64,000 nt of DNA from Ostrea edulis. Lineage: Eukaryota. The stretch spans positions 9,486,001 to 9,550,000 of the forward strand of contig NC_079172.1 of NCBI RefSeq assembly GCF_947568905.1, in the 5' to 3' direction. The notes under the pieces are model-generated. The model saw only the letters and a list, made by a program, of their open reading frames with translations. It had not been told where the DNA came from and searched no databases. Shown here in pieces: positions 39,093-50,600 of this stretch. How positions within the stretch are numbered: position 1 is the stretch's first letter; each line of letters starts with the position of its first letter. The position numbers and the translations under genes are program-made.

Positions 39093-42000
39093 CAATTGAG
39101 CACAGTAGGAATGTAACACTCTAACTATAGTACAAGTCATCATAGACACCACCCTCACTGTGAAGTGCAGAAAGAATTCCTTGTGGTCTGTTGCACTGAA
39201 AGATTCGATAAAACATCTAAATATCACCAGTATATTATCATACTAGGCACCGGGTTATCTCAATGATTGATTAACGATATGATATTGATCTCAAAATATA
39301 TTTGTTCAAGTAATTGTCGGGTATTATTAACCGTCGTTTTGGGAATCCTGACATTCAAATCACGAACTATCAACATGATATCACACTTCTTTTGTTTGCC
39401 GCAAGTGTATTTAAAATGTCAAAGCTCTAAAATTTCTAGATTTGGAAATATCACCAATATTCAGGCAACACATGCTATTAGACTCAGTTTGATATTTTAG
39501 ATTGGGAAAATGTGCAACAGATATTCTAACTGATGTAAATGATAAATATTATTTTAGCAATTTATAACTCAGAAGAATATGCATGGAGTGTTCACTTCAT
39601 AGAAATTGTCATTTGAAACTTTACGGATTGTCCGTAATGTGACGAGTTTTTGAATGATTTAGTTTCAAAATAGCAACATAAGTTTTCTGTCCTATTCAGG
39701 AATTGCGTAAATAGACTTCTTTTCATGACGTCAGATTTTTGTGGTTTGATAAAAATGAAATGTTTGTGGATTTCATGTCGTTTTGAATTGTTGCCAATGT
39801 GTACGATCAATCGTGGAAAATTTAAATTCATGGTCATGTTTTTAAAATGAAATTTAGATCCCCACGAAAATAAGTAAAACTTGTACTTAAGGAAATCTAA
39901 AATACGTGTAGAAATTTTAGTTCCATAATCTTTTCCAGCACTATAAACCATATTAATTTTTACGGAAGGAAACTTTTCGTTGGGGTTTGGTATAATTATA
40001 TCAGACAGATTTTTATGTTAGCATTTGCAGAATGTTGTAGGGTTTTGCGTATTTACACTCCCCGTCCTGCAGGGTAAATGTCTTTATCAGATCTTCAAAT
40101 GACACATTTGCATGTTTACAAGACATCCCTTGTATTTGCACTCTATACGTCTTGAATAAGCGTTTTACAGAACCAGAAACACATCGCATGCTTTGGACGA
40201 TTACAATAAACTCTTGCAAATTTGTCCATTGATTTCTTTTCCTTCTCTCAAATCTATTTATTTTTTTTCCCTTCAAATTATGGTAGTTCAAACAGGTCGT
40301 GCTCGTGTTTAAAACTTCGTTGAACTTCGTGATTTTTTTTATATTTTGGAATGTTTTTTATGTGGCATACTCCATAAACGAACATTATTAAAGTTCAGTT
40401 TAAAGGGAAGCCGAATGGAGTTTCGTGCTTACGCAAGAATCCCACTAGTGAGAGAGAAAAATGTGTGGGATCAATGTCAATTCCCGAAAAGATACAACAA
40501 AGTCTTACCATCCACAAGTAATTTCACCAATTTTGTTGTAGTTCATCAAAACTAATATTTCAGTATTTAGGACATCCGAGCTTATCCAAACAATTTAGCT
40601 GTCCGAACACATCACTATTACAGGGAACCAATCAAGCGGTTAGACTGTCGGACCATCTCTTCCTGTCTTTATTCAGCAGTTTGAAAGCTTTATGTTCCTC
40701 TACAGGGCTGTTTTATTCGTGTTTTCTGGTAATTGTCCTCATGATTTTTCAATAAAAGCTGATTTTCCTTTACATTGCTTGATGTAATATAAAAGAGGTC
40801 TTTCTTGGATAATTTTTATTCCTGAAAAACTAGCTACATTATCTGAAGTCTAAATGCAAGTCAATGATTTTTTTTCCATTATTATTCCAACTCTCTCACA
40901 ACACAAAATTTTCTCTTCCACACAATACAGTATTTGTAAGGTTCGACCTTCGACTGCGATCGATATCAATTATTGTTTTAAAAAGTGATGATTTTAGGAT
41001 GGCGATGAATGCTTTGTAAGTTTTAACCTGGTTTAGTTCAAAGATCTTTTTGAACTTTAGGCATTGCAATATTAACGTTATGAATTCACTACAATGTTAG
41101 AACTAGATACGCTTGCTGAATGCCACCATTGTTCTTTGAACAGGAGGATTGAAATTGTACCAATTATACTGCTTCCAAACACATCTTTTGATGAAACTGA
41201 CAAGAGATCAAATCTAAGCGGCACATTTGATCTCAATAAGTAAACACTAGGACGGTGACATGGGAATACCCTTTTGAATTTTTGATCTGTAACTCCCGTG
41301 ACTATCATTCCTTATATAAATAGCTTAAAACGTGTGTCTTTTGAATGAAATGTGATATTACAAGTGCACATGCATCAATGTGCTCAAGTTGTATAAGGCA
41401 AAATGTACATACACGTATACATGTTTAAATGGCCGCTGGTGATAGGGTTTTGAAGTCAAGTATGGAAACAGAGTTTCGTTGGTTAAGACATATTGCAAAT
41501 CCGTACGATTTCCCAGGACACCTACCTATAACACATGCAAATTAATCGACATGTAAATTTTGCTTGAAAATAAGACACAAACTTGGTTGCCAAACTGCAA
41601 AGCGCAGAGATCGACCGACAGCACATTTCCTCTTTTAGCACAAAAGCCGATTTTTCGTTTGAATTACCTTTCTCCCGTTTTCGCATTGTCCATTCTTTTA
41701 AAACCTAGCCTATGTGCACCCGTCTATGAATCTAAACCTATAACGGCCAGATATTGGAAGGGGATTGCAATATCAACTTAAAGTTCCGTAAAGATTTACT
41801 GAAAAGTTATGTTGATTTCTTTGACGTTTTAACCTTCCGCGAAAACGGTAGCGAAAATAAAGCATCGCGCAGTATTGGGGGAAAATCACTCTCACATGTT
41901 CTTTATAGACACAAGCACGGGCCACACAGAAAAGAAAATGACATAAAATGAATATTCTGTGACTAATGATAATAGTAAAGTAGCAAAAGAAGTTCAATTA

Positions 42001-43383
42001 TCGTTGTCCTACGTACTTTACAAAGAAAATAGATTTCTAAACGTTTCATATATGAAGCACTGTGAACCTTTTCCATCCAATCCCACGCTTCATTTCGGTT
42101 GTCAATGACTTCATCTAAACTTTTTGGCGCACTACTCGGTAATTCAAGTTCAATGAAACGACTGCATTTTCGTTAAATTCAATTGGCATTATTTATTTCT
42201 GGGAATATCAAAGACTGTCGATCTCAGACAAAAGAACTTTTTTTGTATTTCCTCGAACGTTTCTTTTGCATCAACTATGGTTTATGTTAAAGTAGACGAT
42301 TATATTTTGACACAAAGTATTCCACACAAAAAAAGTCAGATGTTAGAACTATTTGAAATAAAATGTTTCATGTATCAAATAAATCCACGCTCCAACGACT
42401 ATAAACCAAAACCACAAGCATTATAAAACCCAAGAAAACAATACTGGGCAATTTTGTTTAATGGAATTTTGATATTCATATCTGTATTCAATTTGTATTC
42501 ATGCAAAAAAAAAGTTAGATAAATCAAATATGTGTCAATGTATGAATTCTAGAGCTGGATGATCACATGAAAACAAAATATCAAAGTCCCATTTGTAAAA
42601 TTGATCAGTTATTGTGCGTTTTAGTAAGACGGCTTTAACTATGTGCATTTTACGAAACTTTCGCATTCTTCTATATGCTCAATCGATAAGTTAGTGGGTT
42701 AACTACTATCGTAAACAGATTTATTTATTCAAATTATCATATAGTATATTAAGAAAAAATACCAGCAGATGAGATTAAAGGTATTTCTGCGTAGAAGGAA
42801 AACAAAGCTAATCTTTTGAGATGGGATGAGAAATTGAAGTGTAATCTTATAGCTATCTTAAGGGTCCCAAGAGGTGAAAATACTTGACACTTAACACTTA
42901 CTCGTTTTTAGTATTTACGACAAAAATTTCGATTGTAACCGAGTTTGATAATTGAAATCTGCAGAAAGGCATATATGTAGTTAACTTTGATTTTAAAAAT
43001 GATGACCTGTTAGCAGAATTTCTTTTTTAATACATTGTATTATCTGGTAGCAGAATTTCAAATTAAGGCGCGTAGAATTCCTGTATACATGCATTTGATC
43101 AGGTTTATCAAAAGATAAGATCTGAAAATTCATTATCGAATTAGGATACTTGGAATGGATGGTAAAGGAGCAGATAGTTGAATATATTGATTTGTAATTC
43201 GCTATTGTAAATTCTGAAGCACAATTCTGTTTTTGTAATCTCCATACGAGAATTTAAACATGTATTTTATGGGAAGCAATGAATTCATAAACACAGTTCC
43301 TTGAGCATCATGTCTTATAAATGAAACAAAAACGACTTAAAACGATATCAATCTATCAATTCAGCTAGTTGTAGAATACTTAC

Positions 43384-43816
43384 CTTCCACGGGAATATAG
43401 ACATTTAGGGATAGACAATCCTCTCTCATTTTATTCAGAAAATGATCTTTTACGTGTTTTGAACGTTCTCTTAAGAAGTCGGGTATGAAACTCGTTTCTA
43501 GAGGCTGCGAATGCCGTTGAGCACAAGGCCCCCAGTACTCCACACGATTGTCTATACGATCCCATATCTTGTACGAGCCTATGGGTGGCATGAACCGAAG
43601 ACTTGCAGAGGTAACATGGTATTCGATTCCTCGGAAGACTTCAACTTTTCCAAGTCCAGTGGAGGCAGAAAATTCTACCTCCAATCCTCGTATATCCCCT
43701 TGAGGTGTATTCACAATGGTCTGTCCTAGCTTGTTACTGACAAAATTCCCATAACGTAACGTGTCCACTACAATAACCCACGAGAAACAAATCAGCACAT
43801 TCCATGTTGCCATCAT
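43384..43816 (-). CDS. NLGN: Variable first coding exon V3 (signal peptide + N-terminal esterase segment)
   Basis: First in-frame ATG at 43816 (the track start at 43828 is TTG). IVNTPQGDIRG, EVFRGIEY, LRFMPP, PCAQ, EDCLSLNVYIP. Donor GAAG|GTAAGT, 433 nt, phase 1. Confidence 0.88.
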
Positions 43817-46654
43817 ACCATACAGCAACGCATGGTTTAATCAATCCGGATTGCAAAAATAAAAAGATTGGAGGCTTTTAGTGTGAATGGCTACCGATAC
43901 AGCCTATCTGTATATGACAAAATATACAGAGTGTTGTTTCTGTAAAATGACTCCTTTGGCAACAATCATTTGATGCTACATTTGCCCACACAATATGTTT
44001 TAACACTAAATACGTTTGTTAAACTCATAATTGCACTAAGCGAATCATCCAGGAAAACACATGGTTTGATGAAGATTACTTCCACCAATGTTCTTCTTGG
44101 AAGTTAAAAAACAAGCCTCCGAACGACAGATTTCTCATATAGTTAACATGTATTGGTTTCCTGACAGGTTTTTAGGTATACCTTTTTTCGTTTCTCTGGC
44201 AAGGAAACTGATGTTCGGGCAAACCCTGGTATTGTAAGATTTGATGTTCTTGGTAAATTGAAAGTCGATCTCCACTCATCAAAGCCGCGTGCCGTTCATA
44301 CAGTGAATAAGCTATCATGCAGAAAATATCTCTATCTCAATGGGAGAGACGTCCAACAAACAAGCTGAGAAACGAAACAAGCGTATTTACAATACACCTG
44401 CTGAAAAAAGGAAATGGAACGAAATCCAAGCCGCCTGAATTAATCATTTATGTCTTCTTCTGGGAAGTAGTAATTACAACCATTGGCGCTCGTACGTGGA
44501 CAAAAAAAAAACGGTTTGAGAATCAAAGTTGAAAAAAAGAGAAAAATCCCAGACACCATATTCTGACGGGTGTTAAAAATGGCAAACTAATAATCCCTCT
44601 TAACACGCATCAGACGTGTCGTAATGTCGATTGACTCCGAACGACGATCCTCAAACGACGACCATGTACGTAACGTAGACCGTGCTCTGATTAGATGTAT
44701 TGAAATGCATTAAACGAATGCTGTTCTCTTGAATAAGAAATTGCTTCGGTTAAGAGTTATAAGGCCACCATAGGTCGATATGAAGGGAGAAAATCGTTTT
44801 ATTGATATATGTACTTTTTGGTTTATGGAGTGTTAGTCTGTTTATCTAATAAAATTAACGGAATGGTCTGAATAATTGAGAATGTCCTATTTGACTTTTT
44901 ACTGTGAAAACCTAATAACAATATCCTAGTGGTTAAAGAAAGCATTTACGGGTAAGTATTCTGAAGTGTTTGCATTCTAAGTGCTCACCAAATGTACCGA
45001 CTCATTCCAAATGAGACTGCTATTTCCTTGTCTTGATATCAATGACATACTGTTGTATTTTTCTTAAAGTTGAAGGGGATCGATATATGATATGCCAGCT
45101 AAAAAATATTTATATTCGTTCCCACGGCAATCGGACGACAATTTCTTGTCAGACATGGTCGTTACCGCTTCGTCCATCTTGGCACCGGGAAAAAACCTCC
45201 CTGAAACCTTCACATTATACTTGTTAATAAGCTCAAGGGAACACTATATATAAGAAACCATGTATACCGCACGGCAGTCTGAATGCAGTAGAAATCGGTA
45301 AAAAAATACAATGATATTGACATGTCATTTCCTGGCGACAATTGGTTAAGGGTTGTTACTTGTATATACTGCCAATATTGGTAACAAGTCGTTATCATAT
45401 TTGTTTCGTTTTCATCAGATCAGTGAGAAGTAATCTGTAACAAAACGTTGGCCATAAGATTACCAAGAACGATTTTAGACGGTTGATACGGTACCTAAAG
45501 TTCTGTTCGCAAGTCTTTTTATCTTAATGTTGATGAAGTTTTCTTTCATACTGTAAATGATATGATTTATGATCTCTTTTCGTAGATAAAGTTTTAGCAG
45601 TCTAATAAACTCTTTATTTTTAAACTTCCACATTGATGGATTATGCATTCAGAATCCAAACATATATCATTTGTGCAGCAAACATATGAATTCTTAAATC
45701 AATTTAGTTAGCTGCAGGATAATGATATCTTACATGTATCAACTCAAACAATGGCTTGATATGATAGTGTGTCGTTTAGACTGACAACGTTTGTCCTCTT
45801 TCAGATTATGCCAAAGATTTAAATAAATATCGCAGGGTGTACAACAACAAATAAAACTTCCCATCTATACAGCATTGCATTTATTGCTTTTATCAGAGTA
45901 ATATTTGACTCTGGATACGACAAAGTTCAGACTTTTGTTTCCTCTTGTAAAAGTGATATTAAGTAGGGTCATAATGTATCAGGTGGGATGTTTCCTGGTT
46001 TTCATACTGTGTTAAACTCGCGCACTCATGTAGATTTATAATTACCAGCCTCCAAAGACGACAATCGTATGTGAGATTTGTAGAGATTTTAATCCATAGG
46101 AAATCCCAGCATTGTCGTATAAGAGACAATGATCCTAATAGAATAAATTATCTTATTATCTTCATTAGAATATTTACTCCTATCTCATACAAGTTCTGAC
46201 TAAAATTGGTAGATTCGTTTTTGTTTTTTTATAAATTTATTTATTACTAGTAATTTTCTTAGCTGAGAGATCGAATGACATTGGCATCTAATTAGAGCTT
46301 GCCAATCTGTGTCCATAATCTTTCCTCACTGTAAAGCAGGAGTACGTATTTCTTTAAAAAAACAATTCCTAGGAGAATATCTCCTATGTATGCAGCGTGG
46401 TTATAGGAACAATCATCCTAAGGCGTTTTTTTCCCTTCCGTATGATAATGGTGCAATATGGGTATAACTAAGTTTTACAGGATTGTTCTCATAATTCTAC
46501 AGACGCCATAAGCTATACAATACAGATTAAAGTTTATATTCAAAAGATGCTGGGTTTCCTCAGTGACGATATCTTCGTAGTACGTCTCAAATTGTCACGT
46601 CTCAATATGAGTGAAAGATTCTCGAGAGGGACGTTAAACAATATACAATCAATC

Positions 46655-47500
46655 AATCATCTTTGATGATCAGGTCTTCCAACAGTCTGTTGGAATTTCC
46701 ATGGACACGAATTGTGCTTGTTCATTAGCTGACCTGTTTTTACATTCCTGTGAGGCAGAATTTATTTACAATTTTAATAAATGAAAACAAAAGAGCACGT
46801 GCTGTGGCCTTCAATTCGACATTTAGATAAATCGACGACGTTTTATCTATTAACAATACTCATTTATTTTCATTCATATGTCGATTTGATATATCCAAGT
46901 GAATAAAAAAACGGCACGGAATCTTCCTCTTCTTCTTCATATTTTATTAAACATAGATGTTAACGGCAAACACAACTCAACTTTATGACAAACGGGATGA
47001 CATCAGCTTCTCTATCGTTGACTTACCATGTTTACATGTTTAATATTATATTCCATTATCACTTGCATGTGGTGTTTATGTCTAATTAGATATACAAAAG
47101 CATATTCTGCGTATGATCAATGTTTAAATCGAAGTAGAATACTGAGATATAAGTTAATGTTACAGTGGTTTCAACAATCTCGTTTTAAGTCAGCCGTTCG
47201 CAAATTCTATGCTCGTTATCCTAATCAAATAAAAGTTATCAGTAGGTTTAATGCTGTCTAATGTGTCATTCATATCAATTGCTAGGCCCTTTTTTACATA
47301 CTGATTTGACTACGGATTACTTCGTTTACCCTACCAAGAGATAGGGCTCATACGGGTGTGACCGGTCAACAGGGGACGCTTACTTCTCTTAGGTACCTTA
47401 TCCCACCTCTGGTGTGTCCAGGGATCTGTTTTTATCCTATCCTTACTTTTATATTCTATATTGGGTTTAGAAGATTGATCACTGTTCGGTGTCTTCACGT
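46655..47500 (+). mobile_element. Degenerate Penelope-like element (RT 3' half + 3' end)
   Basis: gatcaggtcttccaacagtctgttgg, atcgacgacgttttatctattaac (IDDVLSIN), caactttatgacaaacgggatga, and the family terminus. Confidence 0.82.
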
Positions 47501-50217
47501 TTTTATTTTTAAAACAACCCATACATATGTATGAATTCTAATTTTTCTCAATAACACTATTATGAAAGGCACCCAAAAAGTCTGGACTTTGTCGCGTCCA
47601 CAGTTAAATGCCACATGTTTTATGTGTGTGTTGGGGGGGGGGGGGTTGTCACATACAACTTAAATATACTTGCATGCGATATTGAATTCAATCCATGTCC
47701 AAATGCAATTTTTGTAAACAACATTCTCAGATTTATGTCAACATGGCATCCATAATTCCAGTGAAATATTGTCTTCAAGGTGAATAGACTGAAGGTTTAA
47801 TTACAGCACAATTTTCCCCTCGAAAATGGACTTGAGTGCAGTCTAAAGGGTATATAGATCGAACGTTTAATTTCAGTTCGAAAATGAACTCTCAAAACCA
47901 GACTTTTAATTAAAAGAAAGATAAGTGTTGATTTTAGATCATAATAACCTCCCTCGCTGTCGTATGAAAAACTACAAAGGTTCACTCAGGTGTTGTTTTT
48001 CTACATAATACGGATATCATTAGTTGAAGTCAAAATGCAATTCTGTGAATCCTTAATTTAAAATTACTGAAGCATCACATCAATGGAATGGTATAAAGGT
48101 AGTATAGACTGTGTGTTTAATGGATTGAAACATACAGTAAACTACATAGGTCCATACGAGAGTACGGTCATACGAATAATGTCTTATCCCAGGGATGAAG
48201 GAACGAAATTTAAATAGTCCCATAAGTAAAAGAATAACAAATACATACAAAACTGCAACAATCGTAAATTTTATCTATTCTCATAAAAATGCATTGACAT
48301 AAAAGCTGAGATGGTGTTGACGAATATTCACTCTTCAGAAACAAGTAATGGATAAAACGCGAAAACTATAAACCTATAAAACCCCATGGGTATTCTTTCA
48401 CAATATGACCTGCTAAGAACTATATCAGCACCATTCTTGAATTGTTAATATGATATATTTTTTTAAATCAGTTGATTCATAATCGAATAAAACACGAATA
48501 CATATATATGCAATGTATGCCCCGTTGACGTTTAGGATTGTTTTAAATTTGCGTCAAGGCCTGCGAGCGATTTGATTGCAGTAGGTACACGCACGACGTA
48601 TTTCGTTCTTGCTTCGGTGAGGAACTTCCGATCACGAAGCCTGCCTTATTACGACAGACACAATGAGAGATATTGTTTCCGGAATATTTGATGGTGTTTC
48701 TATAAAGTCCTGTCTTTCTTTCACGCATTTTCCCTTCTGTTATTGCATGGCCGTCAACAGAACACAATGAGCACACAGTGTAGTGTGGAATACCGACTGT
48801 TTGATAATGCTTTATTGTAATGTCCATTATTGAGTTTTATTATATTTTTCGTGCTCACTGCCTCTGTCGACTAAATAAGCGCTAGATATCCTTATGTATG
48901 CATTACTTTCAAATCCAAAAATGACCACGGAGGACAGATAAAGAAGACATTTTGCTAATTTATTCATTAAAGACTGTATAGATATTAGACAATCAATGCA
49001 GGACCCGATAAAAATACAACCGGGAGAAACTAAAGGCCAGACAGCCTAATTCCTTTTTACAGTTACGCCCTATGTTTTCACGGCAATATGCATAGCCTGA
49101 AAAATTGATAATTATAGCATATGAACAATTTAATTTAAACAATATTTTATTATGTATGAAACATAAATGGATTAGGCAGCAGGCTTGCAGCCTATGTAAG
49201 CCTTCCACAAACACATCATATGAACAATGATCTGTTTGTGAACACTTCATAGAGGGGGTGAAGTGACCGTACGTGTGGGTGATAATGGAACACCCCAGTC
49301 AAATCTGAGAAATCATTTATACGTGTTATGAGGTGAGGAAGTTACTTCTTTTCATTTGATGGAAGATACGTGTCCTTCGAAATCAGGAATCGTGGAACGC
49401 CATTGATAGCGCATCCTGGGATCCGTTTGGCTGAACATCTCATATGTGATCAATATTTTATTTGTTAGATGATTGTAAGTCTGATTTAAAGTACTGCCAA
49501 GATCAAATGAAAACGTATACCGCACCATGACACAATATTTATATTTGTCGATCCGGGAAGTATTAGTATAGACAAATACTGTAGCGCTGTAAGTAATAAT
49601 ACGGTGTGAAATTACAAGGCATCGTGTATCAACTGCAAAATGCCGCAGTATTTGCAACCATCTTGAGAACTAAAAATAAAAATAAAACAAACACGATGGC
49701 AATATTCTGGGATAGTGGATTACATCTGGGTCCATTTTCACAAATTTTAATTTAATTTAACCGACAGCTATCTTCCACTTCACGTTGTATAAACATGAGA
49801 ATTGACGAGTTTTAAAAAAGTTAATTGAATTAAAAAGCGTTTCTGCAACTGGTTAGTGAATGAATGAATAGACAAAATATTTGTGATTTTCGTTCGATGT
49901 ACCAAACGAACAGATATGCACTGAATTACCATGTCAAAATCAAGATAAGAACCCAGGCGGATAGCTTTAGCATGGCATACCTTTTCCCACAACTAGGGTA
50001 TACTGGTATTATATTATCATTCTTCATTTTTTTCGGAAAATATTATTTTTATATCAAATGTTGACTGGAAATTACCTCATGGCAACTGAGACCATAATAC
50101 AGGGGTTTCTGATAGGAATTATCTAACCATCAAACGACACTAAAATAACCTGACATATAATTGCAGATAAATAAATTGAATTAATCAATACCTGTAGTAT
50201 TTGTCTATTGTTTTCAA

Positions 50218-50600
50218 ATGAAAGATAACGAACAGTGATCAATCTCATAACTCCTGTAAGCAATACAAAATAGCTAGTTGAGCAAACATGGACCCCTGGA
50301 CACACCAGAGGTGGGATAAGGTGCCTAGGAGGAGAAAGCATCCCCTGTCGATCGATCACACCCGCCGTGAGCCCCATATCCTGATCAGGTAAACGGAGTT
50401 ATCCGTAATCAAAATCAGTGTGCCTAGAACGGCCTAACAATCGGTATGAAACAAGTCAGACAGCATTTGACCCAATGATAGGTTGTATTGACGAACTAGA
50501 TCGTTATAACGACCATAGAATTTGCGAAATGCTGACTTCAATCGAGAATGTTGAAACCCCCGTACCATCAACTTGTTTGTCAGTAGCTTATGTGATGATA
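50218..50600 (-). mobile_element. Penelope-like element 3' end fragment
   Basis: Well-preserved terminus plus the end of the RT thumb region. Confidence 0.8.

Larger units (their letters stand above)
5857..43816 (-). other. NLGN: Neuroligin-family gene locus: 3 alternative first coding exons (V1-V3) plus 5 shared constant exons (C1-C5); predicted isoforms of 882, 877 and 880 aa
   Basis: All junctions are GT-AG with matching phases. The constant CDS is 150+189+808+104+959 = 2210 nt. Adding 439, 424 or 433 nt gives 2649, 2634 or 2643 nt, all multiples of 3 and ending at the stop at 5857. Symbol is family level only. Confidence 0.88.

Noticed and set aside
15957-43816. Three separate tandem neuroligin genes
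   Set aside because: Only one set of downstream exons is visible. The large C3 and C5 exons would appear as long ORFs after V2 and V3, and none do.
26355-43975. Shared AATGATT(T)GT motif upstream of V2 and V3 as a cluster-wide promoter element
   Set aside because: Short, AT-rich, at inconsistent distances and not clearly present at V1; likely chance.
45405-45425. Other CUGANGA...GAAA matches (minus strand near 45415 and 23330)
   Set aside because: No properly placed stem II or cleavage triplet.
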